A DNA stretch of 64,000 bases from Candidatus Uhrbacteria bacterium (GTDB lineage Bacteria > Patescibacteriota > Patescibacteriia > UBA9934 > GWF2-40-263): NCBI GenBank assembly GCA_037131775.1, contig JBAXQK010000002.1:87493-151492 (forward strand). The letters are read 5' to 3'. Position 1 is the stretch's first letter; each line of letters opens with the position of its first letter. Both the position numbers and the translations under genes were made by a program. The notes beneath the pieces were generated by a model. It was given only the letters and a program-made list of their open reading frames with translations, searched no databases and was not told where the DNA came from. Below are positions 10,858-20,768 of the stretch, piece by piece.

Positions 10858-11793
10858 ATGGATCTATCTTCCGCGACACCGCCTCCCACACCTCTTCGCA
10901 TTTCCGAAACCACCCGCGTCATACCATCGACAAGCCCCGTCACGAGCGTCGCGTTCGGACCTCGCGGTAACGTCGCGATGCTCACGGGATCGCGACTGAA
11001 GGAGTACGATGCCGATCGAACGGAAACGAGGATCGTCACGAACGACCTCGGAAACCGGACGTTCGGCTACGATGCCGGTACCGGGTCCCTCCGACTCGAT
11101 CCTCCCAAGGAGGGGCGGGCCGAGGCCGTCGTCGTCACGGACTCGGACGCGCGACGCCGGCTCTCCGCCGTCGGACTGCCGTTCGCGCGAATCCAGCAGG
11201 ATACGATCCGCCTCGGCAAGGACGGGCCGGAATACGTCGCGTGGACCGACTCCAGGACGGGCCCGCTCACCGGCACCGTGTTCTCCGGGCCCGTGCGCGT
11301 CATCCCGAGCGAGGTCGTCGTGCTCGCGGAATCCGACGTCGACGCGCGCGTGATCATGGAGGGAAGTGGCATTCACACGATCCTCCGGACTCCCGACGGC
11401 AGAACCGTGGTCCGGTGCGGGTCAGAGCCGTCCGAATTCCACATTCCTCCGGCCCCGGACCTTTCCACGTGGACGTCGGTCATCCGCACCCGACGGCACG
11501 CCCTCGTATCGGGAATCTACGGTCACATCACGGACCTCCGCCATCCCTGCCGCATCGCCGAGTCTCCCTGGAAGATCATCGGCGACCCGCACCGCCTTCC
11601 CGGAGGCGCGGCGACCGAGGCGCACAACGGCTCCCGGCGCACGCTCATCTGGCTCCACGAGGACGGCTTCGACTGCCTCCCCGCCACGAGCCCGCTCAAG
11701 AGCCTCGTCCGCACCGGCCCGCGCGAGCTCACCGGCTGGCACATGCGCGGCCTCCAGCTCGTCATCCGAACGTACGCGCTCCCCCGCGACTGA
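10858..11793 (+). CDS. Hypothetical protein
   Basis: ORF 10774..11793; composition includes W/Y/H/I unlike the overlapping Arg-rich antisense ORFs; start set at MDLSSATPPP, uncertain. Confidence 0.4.
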   Translation: MDLSSATPPPTPLRISETTRVIPSTSPVTSVAFGPRGNVAMLTGSRLKEYDADRTETRIVTNDLGNRTFGYDAGTGSLRLDPPKEGRAEAVVVTDSDARRRLSAVGLPFARIQQDTIRLGKDGPEYVAWTDSRTGPLTGTVFSGPVRVIPSEVVVLAESDVDARVIMEGSGIHTILRTPDGRTVVRCGSEPSEFHIPPAPDLSTWTSVIRTRRHALVSGIYGHITDLRHPCRIAESPWKIIGDPHRLPGGAATEAHNGSRRTLIWLHEDGFDCLPATSPLKSLVRTGPRELTGWHMRGLQLVIRTYALPRD

Positions 11794-11831
11794 TCTGGTC
11801 GCGGGATTTTTATTGACACCGGATTTCCTTC

Positions 11832-12485
11832 ATGGTTTCCTATCGCTCCGGAGTCCATGCAATGCCCATCTACGACGACCCAAAGGAACCATTCAAAGCC
11901 GCCGCTTCCATCGCCGATCGCATCGACGCGGAAGGGGCGATCTCCCTCGCCGTCATCGACGTGCACCGTGCGCTCGACCTGTACTGGTCGGCGGCAAACC
12001 TGCCGTTCGCCCTCCAGCCGGAAACAACCGGTCGCGGCCACGTGCGGCAGCAGGTCGAGATCTCTCCGCTCTCGTACCTGTCCGGCGAGCACCCGATCGC
12101 CACGCTCGCGCGACGCGTCGTCGCCGACCTTTCCCGCGCGTTCGACTCGCTCGAACGGACGCCCTTTGCCACGCCGTTCGCACCGAACGACATCGTGCTC
12201 CAGCGCTACCAGCCCGGATCGATCGGCATCACGCCGCACCACGACGGAACCAGCCGCGTGAACCTCGTCTGCGTCCTCATGCTCTGGGGCGACGGCGAGT
12301 TCGCCCTCTGCGACGACCGCGCCGGAACGAATCCCCGCCCGATCTTCGCCCCGCCCGGTCACCTCATCCTCATGAAGGCCCCCGGCTTTCGAGGGGCCGA
12401 CCTCGGACCCTTCCACCTCATCTCCCGCATCTCCCGAGGCCGACTGATCCTTGGAATCCGCGAGAGACGCTTCCTGCCGCGTTAA
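11832..12485 (+). CDS. 2OG-Fe(II) oxygenase superfamily-like protein
   Basis: Putative HxD...H facial triad: ITPHHDG (about res 146-149) and PPGHLILM about 47 aa later. Confidence 0.45.
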   Translation: MVSYRSGVHAMPIYDDPKEPFKAAASIADRIDAEGAISLAVIDVHRALDLYWSAANLPFALQPETTGRGHVRQQVEISPLSYLSGEHPIATLARRVVADLSRAFDSLERTPFATPFAPNDIVLQRYQPGSIGITPHHDGTSRVNLVCVLMLWGDGEFALCDDRAGTNPRPIFAPPGHLILMKAPGFRGADLGPFHLISRISRGRLILGIRERRFLPR

Positions 12486-12515
12486 ACACGCGGTTTTTTG
12501 TTATACTGTCCCCGT

Positions 12516-13685
12516 ATGCCCAAACATCTCGCCGACTACGGCTCCGCGCCCGTCGACTTCGTCCGCGGAAACGGGTCCTACGTGTACGACAAGAACGGAA
12601 AGAAGTTCCTCGATTTCCAGACCGGCTGGTGCGTGGGCACCGTCGGATGGAAGAACAAGGAGATGGCCGAGGCGATCTCGGCCCAGGCGCGCGAGGGGTT
12701 CCATGAGCCGCCGTGGTTTCGCGTCGAGCGGCACGAGACGTTCGCGTCGCGCCTCGTCAAGCTCGCGCCGGGAAAGCTCAACCGCGTGTTTCGCGCGTGC
12801 TCAGGGTCCGAGGCGGTCGAGTTCGCCATCAAGGCCGCGCGCGCCGCGACGAAGAAACAGACGGTTGTGACGATCGAAGGCGTGTACCACGGCCACACGT
12901 ACGGTGCGGGATCGGTCGGAAACGCGTTCGGCGGAGTGCTGGAACCGTGCGACGGATTCGCGAAGGTACCGATGCCGAAGAATCAAAAGCAGGAAATCGA
13001 GACGCTCCGCGAGATCGAGGCGCTGTTCGCGCAGGGCGACGTCGCGGCATTCCTGTCCGAGCCGGTATGGACGAACGCCGGATGCTTCATCCCCTCGCCT
13101 GCCTTCTACCCCGCCGTCCAAACGCTTTGCCGCAACTACGGCGTCCTCCTTGCCATGGACGAAGTGGCCACCTGCATGGGCCGGTGCGGCAAAATGTTCG
13201 GATCGGAACTCTGGGGAATCGAGCCCGACATCGTCACGCTCGGCAAATCGTTCACGGGAGGGTACGCGACCATGGCCGCGACGCTGGTCACGGAATCCGT
13301 CTTCAAGAATGCCCGCGGCATCCCGTCGCATCCCACGTTCGGCTGGATGTTCCAGGACCTGGCCGCGGTCGAGAAGAACGTCGAGATCATCATCCGGGAC
13401 CGCCTCGACGAGAACGCGGCGGGCGTCGGCGCCTACCTGCTCGACCTTCTCAAGCCGCTCGAGTCGCTCAAAAAGGTCAAGGAAGTTCGCGGCATCGGCA
13501 TGGTCCTCGCCATCGAGTTCCACCTCCCCGTCGCCGTCCTCGTCGCCGCGAAATGCTACCGCGCCGGCCTGGTCGTCGAGTTCACCGATTCCAAGACCCT
13601 GTTCCTGAGCCCAATGCTCAACCTGAAAAAGTCCGACGCGCGCAAGGGAGCCGAGATCATCCGTGCCGCGTGCGGCCTGAAATAA
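12516..13685 (+). CDS. Class III pyridoxal-phosphate-dependent aminotransferase
   Basis: DEVATCMGRCGKMFG (DEVqTGfGRtG motif), TLGKSFTGG (PLP lysine), GSEAVEFAIKAAR; start at MPKHLADYG. Confidence 0.85.
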   Translation: MPKHLADYGSAPVDFVRGNGSYVYDKNGKKFLDFQTGWCVGTVGWKNKEMAEAISAQAREGFHEPPWFRVERHETFASRLVKLAPGKLNRVFRACSGSEAVEFAIKAARAATKKQTVVTIEGVYHGHTYGAGSVGNAFGGVLEPCDGFAKVPMPKNQKQEIETLREIEALFAQGDVAAFLSEPVWTNAGCFIPSPAFYPAVQTLCRNYGVLLAMDEVATCMGRCGKMFGSELWGIEPDIVTLGKSFTGGYATMAATLVTESVFKNARGIPSHPTFGWMFQDLAAVEKNVEIIIRDRLDENAAGVGAYLLDLLKPLESLKKVKEVRGIGMVLAIEFHLPVAVLVAAKCYRAGLVVEFTDSKTLFLSPMLNLKKSDARKGAEIIRAACGLK

Positions 13686-13689
13686 TCCT

Positions 13690-14511
13690 ATGATCGACGA
13701 ATCCTCCCTTCCCGCCATCGATCGACTGTCCATGAACGACCGCGAAATTCTCTCCCGGCCTGAGATTCGCGGCGTCCTCTCCGGAATAAAGCCGGCCGCC
13801 TTCGAGGACTGGCACGGGACAATCCAGAATCTCCAGGGAATCCGCGACTATCTGTCGTCCATTGCAATCGACGCGCTTGTGACGCCACACATCATTATGA
13901 ACCGCGAAACCGTCGCGAAGCGAATCGCGGACGAGCCCGAGCTCGCGCGGCTTGCCGGCTGGCAGGACGGCGATTCGGTCGACCGGCTCGCGGAAAAATT
14001 CGAAGCGCTCGGTACCGCGAGCGAAAACGACGTCCTGCGCGGATTCCTTGTCGGATTTCCCGCGTCGGCCATCCTTGGATTTCAACGAAAGGAGGTCCTG
14101 GAGAAACAGGGCGTTCAGACGAGCCCGACCGAGTTCTTCAATCCGAAGTTTTCCGATCGCAATCCAAGCGCCGCCATCGACGAGGAAGGTCGCGCGCGGC
14201 TGGCAGCGTTGGCGGCAGAGTACGCCAACCTGCCGAGACTGAAATGGGAACGCGGCCCGGACCGTCCCACGGCCGAGGCGGTCGATGCGCTTCTCGACAG
14301 CCACCGCCAGGACATCTCGGATCTCTACCAACGCCTCTGGAACCTGTCGACATCGGACGCGGATGCGCTGGCATGGAGGAAAACCGTCGCGATCAAGGAT
14401 AGAAACGGTGGAAACCTGTATGAGTTCTCAGCCTTTGGAAAGGACGGCGACAAAGCCCCGGACGTGCTTGCCCTGCAGGAAAAGGCTCGAAACGCCAAGA
14501 GTCCAATTTAG
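13690..14511 (+). CDS. Hypothetical protein
   Basis: 273-aa ORF starting 5 nt after the aminotransferase stop (operonic); chosen over antisense ORF 13657..14331. Confidence 0.45.
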   Translation: MIDESSLPAIDRLSMNDREILSRPEIRGVLSGIKPAAFEDWHGTIQNLQGIRDYLSSIAIDALVTPHIIMNRETVAKRIADEPELARLAGWQDGDSVDRLAEKFEALGTASENDVLRGFLVGFPASAILGFQRKEVLEKQGVQTSPTEFFNPKFSDRNPSAAIDEEGRARLAALAAEYANLPRLKWERGPDRPTAEAVDALLDSHRQDISDLYQRLWNLSTSDADALAWRKTVAIKDRNGGNLYEFSAFGKDGDKAPDVLALQEKARNAKSPI

Positions 14512-14552
14512 CTGATCTTAGCTAAAAAACTGTCAATCAACCCCCAAAACGC

Positions 14553-14581
14553 TTGACGGAATCCCGGAAGTCTGATAGTAT
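14553..14581 (+). promoter_or_regulatory. Sigma70-like promoter candidate (TTGACG-17-TAGTAT) with no downstream ORF
   Basis: TTGACG 14553-14558, 17-nt spacer, TAGTAT 14576-14581. Confidence 0.3.
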
Positions 14582-14587
14582 CTCTTC

Positions 14588-14771
14588 TTGTGAGGCCAGA
14601 CAGCTAGCACTGGCAAGGATTCAAAGGTATCCCAAAAGGAACATTGTCACAGGAAAGTAGAAAGATAACACGCAGGAACTAGTAACACTGTTTACAGCCT
14701 GAACTGGTCTTCTCAACTTCTGAATCAAAAAGAAATCGCCTCTCCGCTTGTCGGGGAGGCGATTTTGTTGG
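14588..14771 (+). ncRNA. Candidate small non-coding RNA (about 180 nt) bounded by a promoter and an intrinsic terminator
   Basis: AT-richer 230-nt gap between convergent genes; promoter at 14553-14581; hairpin ATCGCCTC-TCCGCTTGTCGG-GGAGGCGAT plus TTTGTTGG at 14735-14771; no ORF; family not recognised. Confidence 0.25.
14733..14771. terminator. Bidirectional rho-independent terminator
   Basis: 9-bp stem AATCGCCTC/GAGGCGATT flanked by A-run and T-run; also serves minus gene 14814..15572. Confidence 0.5.
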
Positions 14772-14813
14772 TCGCGGGGAAAAAAGAAAATCCAGGCCGT
14801 CTGGGCCTGGAAG

Positions 14814-15572
14814 CTACGGGGTCGCGGCAAGGAGCGCGCGCTCGACGAATCGCCTGGCGAGATCCGGGTCGATGCGATCGTGGCGGCGGATGTGGCGGGA
14901 CGCGACGAGCGACAGCGGGTCGAAGTCGCGGACGACCCGCGTGAATCCGGCGTCGAACCGTTCCGCGGAAAGTCCGCCGGCGAGTCCGTACGGGACCATC
15001 ACGCCCGCCTGACGGAGAAATCGAAGCACCAGCACGGCGCGGGCGTTGTCGATCGGAGCCCCGCACCCGGCGGCGAGGTCGAACATCACGGAGTCCACGA
15101 CGTCGATCCGCACGTACTCCGCGACGCGTTTCGCCACGCGCATCGGATCTTCGCTCAGGTCCATAAAGCACTCCTCCGACACCCACAGCACGAGACGAAC
15201 GTTCGGCCACTGGCGACGGAACTGCACGAGCGTGTCCCGCTTCGGCCAGACGGCGTGAAGGATGAGGACCGAGACGTTCGGGCACACGCACATCAGGTCG
15301 TAGAGCTGCTCCGCGAGCGACTGTTCCCACGACGGCGTGAAGTGTACCGCGATATCTGCCTTGTGACCGCCGGGCGTACACAGCTCCGCGAGCGTATCAC
15401 GCGCCGGGAGGAACGGACGGCTTGCCGCGCCATGCAGCGTCCACCAGTCCGCGTACGTCCCAAGCAGCAGGCGGTGCGATCGTTCCGCGAAGATCGGCGC
15501 GAGCTCCGACAGCCGCGCGAGCTCGTCCGGGCACTGCAGGCCCATCAGTCCAACGAATGAGGAAGAATTCAT
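14814..15572 (-). CDS. Phosphoribosylanthranilate isomerase (TrpF)-like TIM-barrel protein
   Basis: C-terminal pattern IDVVDSVMFD..AAGCGAPID..PYGLAGGLSAERF resembles TrpF D..LLDS..GGtG..fdW..LAGGL.peNV; weak, no N-terminal KICG. Confidence 0.35.
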   Translation of the reverse strand: MNSSSFVGLMGLQCPDELARLSELAPIFAERSHRLLLGTYADWWTLHGAASRPFLPARDTLAELCTPGGHKADIAVHFTPSWEQSLAEQLYDLMCVCPNVSVLILHAVWPKRDTLVQFRRQWPNVRLVLWVSEECFMDLSEDPMRVAKRVAEYVRIDVVDSVMFDLAAGCGAPIDNARAVLVLRFLRQAGVMVPYGLAGGLSAERFDAGFTRVVRDFDPLSLVASRHIRRHDRIDPDLARRFVERALLAATP

Positions 15573-15640
15573 GCAATCTCCGGCTGGCGTACCCTACGGG
15601 TTCCGGAGCAATCTGTCAATCCCATGACAGCCGCGAGGTA

Positions 15641-16654
15641 TCAGCCGACAATCGCTTCCATCTTCCCCATCTTCTTTTGAAGATCGCGATAGAGCGCCAG
15701 CTGCCCCCTCGCCCGCGCCAGATTGTGCGCGCGGCGCGACGGATAGCGCGCGTCGTCCCAGCCGAAATAGCTGTCCTCGAAATAGTCCGCGAGAAAGCGC
15801 GAGGCGAGCTCGAGCGTGATCGTCGCGACGGACTTCGGGACGAGCTTGCGCTCGCGGGCGGAGATGAATCCGTCGGCAGCCTTGGCATACCCGTTCCATC
15901 CCGCCTTGAAGATGTCGAGCCGGAACGTATTCTTCGCGTCGTCCTCCTGCATGCCACACCACGACCGGAACATGTCGCCGGTCTCGACGAGCAACGGTCG
16001 TCGATTGCACGTGTCGAGGTCGACGACGCCGGAGGCGCGACCCTTGTCGTCGAAGAGGAGGTTCGAGATCTTCGGGTCACCGTGGATCGCGCGCAACGGA
16101 AGCGACGCGGGGAGCAGGACCTTGTGCATCTCGTTCGCGACGAACGCCACGTCCTCGGCCACGTCGTCGAGCAGCGGGTTCTTCCAATTCTTCTTGACGA
16201 CCTTCACGAACGTCGCGAAGATCTTTTCCGTCTCGTGCAAAATCTTCTTCGACTTAAAGTCGTACTTCAGTCCCGCCATCGTCTTGTGCAGCCGCCCGAA
16301 CATCGCCCCGGCCTCGCGTGCCATCTTCGCGTCACGAACGGCGGTGAACGTCGCGCCCGGCAGGAACGTCTGCACGCGCCAAACCCTTCCCTCCGCGTCC
16401 TTGGCGAGGACCTGCAGCTTCTTCGTGACGACGGTCTTCGGCGCCGGGAATCCCTTGTCGTTCAGGAACGTCGTGACGACGAAGAAGTCCTTCCCAATCG
16501 CAGCCGAAGCCAGCACCGGGTGCAGGCGCTGGGCAATGAAGGTTCCGTTCTTGGCCGAAATCTGATATGTTTGGTGAATCAAACCGATGGAAATCGGCTT
16601 AACAGACTTGATCGCCCCGAAATCATACGCGTCGACAATGTCTTGTGGAATCAT
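15641..16654 (-). CDS. Aminoglycoside/homoserine-kinase-type phosphotransferase (APH family)
   Basis: IHGDPKISNLLFD (HGD catalytic loop) and VVDLD (DxD) motifs; 337 aa. Confidence 0.8.
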   Translation of the reverse strand: MIPQDIVDAYDFGAIKSVKPISIGLIHQTYQISAKNGTFIAQRLHPVLASAAIGKDFFVVTTFLNDKGFPAPKTVVTKKLQVLAKDAEGRVWRVQTFLPGATFTAVRDAKMAREAGAMFGRLHKTMAGLKYDFKSKKILHETEKIFATFVKVVKKNWKNPLLDDVAEDVAFVANEMHKVLLPASLPLRAIHGDPKISNLLFDDKGRASGVVDLDTCNRRPLLVETGDMFRSWCGMQEDDAKNTFRLDIFKAGWNGYAKAADGFISARERKLVPKSVATITLELASRFLADYFEDSYFGWDDARYPSRRAHNLARARGQLALYRDLQKKMGKMEAIVG

Positions 16655-16667
16655 ATCCGGGTAGTTC

Positions 16668-17252
16668 GTGACTTTCGTAATATTATTCGTACTTCGTGAC
16701 CCTGTGGATTATATCACCCCCGCGCTCTCTGTCACTCTCCTCGTGCTGCTCGCCGTTTCCGCCGTCGGCCTCTGGTACGTCATCCAGCTCATGCTTCCTC
16801 TCATCCACTACGGAGGCCCGTACGTGGTCTCCCGCTCGGAACACGTCGACGCGATGATTCGCCTGGCGAAGCTGACGCCCGCCGACCGCATCACCGACCT
16901 CGGCTCCGGCGACGGCCGCATCGTCATCGCCGCAGCCTCGGAGGGAGTCGCTGACGCCCTCGGAATCGAGATCAATGGCGCGCTCGTGAAGGCGTCCGAG
17001 TTTTCCTCCCACCGCCTCGGCCTCAAGAACGCCCGCTTCGTCCGCGAGTCCTTCTGGAAATCAAACATCTCGGACCGCACGGTCGTATTCCTCTACCAGG
17101 TCCCATACGCGATGCGAAAGCTCGAGACAAAACTCCAGGAAGAACTCCCGCCCGGCGCGCGCGTGATCTCGAACGACTTCAAGTTTGTAAACTGGAAACC
17201 CATCGAGGAGCACGGGAGAATCCGCATCTACGTAAAAAGCGAGGTCGCCTGA
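16668..17252 (+). CDS. Class I SAM-dependent methyltransferase with N-terminal TM helix
   Basis: ITDLGSGDGRIVIAAA (motif I, GxGxG); GTG start at 16668 uncertain, downstream in-frame GTGs possible. Confidence 0.6.
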   Translation: MTFVILFVLRDPVDYITPALSVTLLVLLAVSAVGLWYVIQLMLPLIHYGGPYVVSRSEHVDAMIRLAKLTPADRITDLGSGDGRIVIAAASEGVADALGIEINGALVKASEFSSHRLGLKNARFVRESFWKSNISDRTVVFLYQVPYAMRKLETKLQEELPPGARVISNDFKFVNWKPIEEHGRIRIYVKSEVA

Positions 17253-17264
17253 CCCCGCTTTTTT

Positions 17265-18428
17265 CTATTCCTTAGTAACCGGCATCTTCGAGATCTCCTT
17301 CATCTCGGCCCGCAGCTGATCGGCGAGACCCGCGAGTCGCGCTGGGTCGGCGTAGGCGGCCGCTTCCCGTGCGATCCGAGACGACGCGACGAACTCAGGC
17401 CGATCGTCGGGACGCAGGATTCGCTCGGCGTCCTTCCGACAGTCCGACAACATCTCGTCGAGTTCGCCATGGGCGTTTCCCCAGTGGGGCGGACCAGGCC
17501 AGAAGTCCGCGGCGGTCGCGAGCTCTTCCGCGAGCACGTCGATCTCGGCGACCTTGGCGTACAGCTCGACGGACGACGGTCCCTTCGTCCCCCGCTTGAA
17601 CGACGGGAACGCGCGCTTCGCCGCCTCAATGGCCGTCACAACGCGAGACATCAGGTCGACGGGAACGGGCTCGGTCGCGCAGAGAATCTGCATGTGCGCC
17701 AGAACGCCCTCCAGGTCGCCGACGAGGTCCCTTCCGTTTCCAATGGCCGCAAGCGCGCGGTCAATTTCTTTTTTCATGGTGACACCCCGCGCCTTGGCGC
17801 CGAGCGCGTCACGCAGCCGCGTCAACAGCATCTCATGAACCGGATCAATCCGATGTTCCAACGCCGAATGACTCACGATGGTCTCGCTTAGTTCCAAAAC
17901 GTCCGTCGATCCTGGAATTTCCGACCATGGAAACCGGTCTTCCGGCATGTCCTCGGCGTCAGAGACGAAGGTCGTCATGACACGCGCCGACGGAAACGCC
18001 TCCTGAAATACCCGCGTTGCCGTTTCCAGCGTTTTGCCCGTCGCAGACAGATCGTCGACGATCATCACGTCCTTGTCCGCAAACTGGCTGCCGAACAGCC
18101 TTCGCAGCTCCGCGACCGCGTCCGGAGAAACAGAACGCGGGGCATCGATCGCCAGCCTCCCTCCTTCCGGCTTCCCCACGTTCATAAACCGAATCTGCGG
18201 ACGGTTCAGCATCCCATGATTTTTCTTCCACACCTCGCGGACCAACCACGAGATCGGCCGTGCGCTCTTGTCGAGAAACACGAGCGCGTGCGTCCCGTTG
18301 TGGTATGCCGCCTCGACGATCGCCTCCGTCCGGTCGCGCAGCAGCCGACGAACATGCGAATCGCGCACGATCCGAAACTCGACGGACTTCGCGGTTTCTT
18401 GCTCGACGGACGGACGATTCTCGTTCAT
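17265..18428 (-). CDS. Phosphoribosyltransferase-domain protein with unknown C-terminal domain
   Basis: VMIVDDLSATGKTLE is the type I PRTase PRPP-binding motif; start at MNENRPS. Confidence 0.6.
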   Translation of the reverse strand: MNENRPSVEQETAKSVEFRIVRDSHVRRLLRDRTEAIVEAAYHNGTHALVFLDKSARPISWLVREVWKKNHGMLNRPQIRFMNVGKPEGGRLAIDAPRSVSPDAVAELRRLFGSQFADKDVMIVDDLSATGKTLETATRVFQEAFPSARVMTTFVSDAEDMPEDRFPWSEIPGSTDVLELSETIVSHSALEHRIDPVHEMLLTRLRDALGAKARGVTMKKEIDRALAAIGNGRDLVGDLEGVLAHMQILCATEPVPVDLMSRVVTAIEAAKRAFPSFKRGTKGPSSVELYAKVAEIDVLAEELATAADFWPGPPHWGNAHGELDEMLSDCRKDAERILRPDDRPEFVASSRIAREAAAYADPARLAGLADQLRAEMKEISKMPVTKE

Positions 18429-18586
18429 ACGGAGACAGTTTAGCAAAAGAGACAAGATCCAAGAAGAGCAGGAGACAAGGAATGTTCAGGGATCAAAGAA
18501 AAGAGTCCAAGGATTTGACCCCTGGACCTTAATCTTATAATCTCCCTGTTTCTTGTCTTCTTGAATCTTGTCTCTTTCTTCTCTTG

Positions 18587-20686
18587 TTATGTCACGCGGC
18601 GGTTCATTCCGGAGCGCTTCTCGATGATTTCCTTCGAGACGTTGCTCGGGACCTCCTCGTAGTGGTCGAACTGCATCGAGTAGGACCCGCGGCCCTGCGA
18701 GATGGAGCGGAGCTGGGTCGCGTAGCCGAACAGTTCGGCGAGCGGGACGAAGGCGGTGATGACCTTGACGCCGGAGCGCTCGGTCATCTCCTGGATCTGT
18801 CCGCGCTTGGAGTTCAGGTCGCCCACGATGGTTCCCATGTACTCCTCCGGCATGACGACTTCCACGCTCATCATCGGCTCGAGCAGGATCAGGCCGGCCT
18901 TGCGGGCCGCGTCCTGGAACGCCATGGAACCGGCGATCTTGAACGCCGCCTCGTTGGAGTCCACGTCGTGGAACGATCCGTCGGTCAGCGTCACCTTCAC
19001 GTCGAGCACCGGGTAGCCCGCGAGCACGCCGCGGTCGGCGGCCTCGTGCGCTCCCTTGTCGATCGCGTTCCAGAACTCGCGCGGCACCGAGCCGCCCTTG
19101 ATCTCCTCGGAGAACTCGTAGCCCTTGTTGGCCTCGTTCTTCTCGAGGCGGATGCAGGCGTGGCCGTATTGTCCGCGCCCTCCCGTCTGCTTGATGTACT
19201 TTCCTTCTCCCTCGGACATGTCGGCCTTGATCGTCTCGCGGTACGACACCTGCGGGGCGCCCACGTTGGCCTCCACCTTGTACTCGCGCTTCATGCGGTC
19301 GACGATGATGTCGAGGTGCAGCTCGCCCATGCCGGAGATGATGACCTGGTTGGTCTCGTCGTCGGTGCGGACGCGGAAGGTCGGATCCTCTTCGGCAAGT
19401 CGCTGAAGGGCCGTTCCCATCTTTTCCTGGTCGACCTTCGTCTTCGGCTCGATGGCGATGGAGATGACCGGCTCCGGGAACACGATGGCCTCGAGGATCA
19501 CCGGGTTGTTCTCGTCGCAGAGCGTGTGTCCCGTGAACGTGGACTTGAGACCCACGGCCGCGGCAATTTCTCCGGCGAACACCTCGTCGATTTCCTCGCG
19601 CTTGTTGGCGTGAAGGCGGACGATGCGGCTGATGCGCTCGCGCTCGCCGTTGAGCGGGTTGAGCACGTACGATCCGGCCTTCACCGAGCCCGAGTACACG
19701 CGGAAGAAGGCGAGCTTGCCCACGAACGGGTCGGCCGCGATCTTGAACGCGAGGGCGGAGAACGGGGCGGAGTCCGAGGTCGGTCGCTCGACGCGCTCCT
19801 CCAGGTTGTCCGGGTTATGGGCGACGACGGACGGAATGTCCAGCGGGCTTGGGAGGTAGTCGACGATGGCGTCGAGCATGAACTGCACGCCCTTGTTCTT
19901 GAGCGCGGATCCGCACAGCACCGGGATGATCTCCACCTTGATGGTGGCCTTGCGCAGCGCGACCTTGAGCTCTTCGATTCCCGGCTCCTCGCCGGCGAGG
20001 TACTTGGTCATGAGCGCGTCGTCGGTGGCGCAAATCGCTTCGATGAGACGGCCGTGGTAGTCGGCGGAGATCGCCTTCATGTCCTCCGGAATCTCCAGCT
20101 CGTCGATCACCTTGCCCTGGTCGTCGCGGTAGTAGAACGCCTTCATCTTGAGAAGGTCGACGACGCCGACGAAATCAGCCTCGGTTCCGATCGGAAGCTG
20201 GAGCGGGTACGCTTTCTTGGTGAGACGGTCGGCGATCGACTTCAGGTCCTTGTAGAAGTCGGCGCCCGTTCGGTCGAGCTTGTTGATGAAGCAGAGGCGC
20301 GGCACGTTGTAGTCGTCCGCATAGCGCCAGTTGGTCTCGGACTGCGGTTCCACGCCGGCGACGCCGTCGAAGATGACGCACGCGCCGTCGAGCACGCGAA
20401 GGGAGCGCTTCACCTCAACGGTGAAGTCGATGTGTCCCGGGGTGTCGATCAGGTTCATGCAGTGGTCCTTCCAGAAGCAGGTGGTGGCGGCGGCGGTAAT
20501 GGTGATGCCGCGCTCGCGCTCCTGTTCCATCCAGTCCATGACAGCCTCTCCCTCGTGCACCTCGCCAATCTTGTGCGAGCGGCCGGTGTAGAAAAGCACG
20601 CGCTCGGAAACCGTGGTCTTTCCGGCGTCGATGTGCGCGATGATTCCGAAGTTGCGCGTTTTTTCAAGTGGGTATTGTCGGGGCAT
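18587..20686 (-). CDS. fusA: Elongation factor G
   Basis: 699 aa; AHIDAGKTT, full EF-G domains. Confidence 0.97.
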   Translation of the reverse strand: MPRQYPLEKTRNFGIIAHIDAGKTTVSERVLFYTGRSHKIGEVHEGEAVMDWMEQERERGITITAAATTCFWKDHCMNLIDTPGHIDFTVEVKRSLRVLDGACVIFDGVAGVEPQSETNWRYADDYNVPRLCFINKLDRTGADFYKDLKSIADRLTKKAYPLQLPIGTEADFVGVVDLLKMKAFYYRDDQGKVIDELEIPEDMKAISADYHGRLIEAICATDDALMTKYLAGEEPGIEELKVALRKATIKVEIIPVLCGSALKNKGVQFMLDAIVDYLPSPLDIPSVVAHNPDNLEERVERPTSDSAPFSALAFKIAADPFVGKLAFFRVYSGSVKAGSYVLNPLNGERERISRIVRLHANKREEIDEVFAGEIAAAVGLKSTFTGHTLCDENNPVILEAIVFPEPVISIAIEPKTKVDQEKMGTALQRLAEEDPTFRVRTDDETNQVIISGMGELHLDIIVDRMKREYKVEANVGAPQVSYRETIKADMSEGEGKYIKQTGGRGQYGHACIRLEKNEANKGYEFSEEIKGGSVPREFWNAIDKGAHEAADRGVLAGYPVLDVKVTLTDGSFHDVDSNEAAFKIAGSMAFQDAARKAGLILLEPMMSVEVVMPEEYMGTIVGDLNSKRGQIQEMTERSGVKVITAFVPLAELFGYATQLRSISQGRGSYSMQFDHYEEVPSNVSKEIIEKRSGMNRRVT

Positions 20687-20710
20687 AAGGCGTTGTGAGG
20701 GTGGTAAAAA

Positions 20711-20755
20711 TGGTAAAATTGGTTAATTGGTTATGACCAACTTAACCAATTTTAC
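20711..20755. repeat. AT-rich near-perfect palindrome in the rpsG-fusA intercistronic region
   Basis: GGTAAAATTGGTTAA (20711-20725) and revcomp TTAACCAATTTTACC (20741-20755) around the palindromic loop TTGGTTATGACCAA; about 75 percent AT in a high-GC genome. Confidence 0.6.
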
Positions 20756-20768
20756 CAATTTACCTATA

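Noticed and set aside
13657-14331. 224-aa minus ORF overlapping the plus-strand hypothetical 13690..14511
   Set aside because: Only one of the two can be real; the plus ORF starts 5 nt after the aminotransferase stop, which is operon logic. Low confidence either way.
14552-14600. Possible SRP (4.5S) RNA because of a CCCGGAAG segment
   Set aside because: No convincing domain IV symmetric-loop/GNRA helix or terminal helix complementarity; kept only as a generic sRNA candidate.
18584-20698. 704-aa plus-strand ORF antisense to fusA, and similar long antisense ORFs over tuf (6448..7536), rplB-rplW (2766..4316), trxB (59016..60389), infB (60943..62856), aminotransferase (12713..13693, 12801..13733), leuS (51058..52437) and the big hydrolase (53359..55374)
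   Set aside because: All overlap unambiguous conserved genes on the opposite strand; these are high-GC artefacts.
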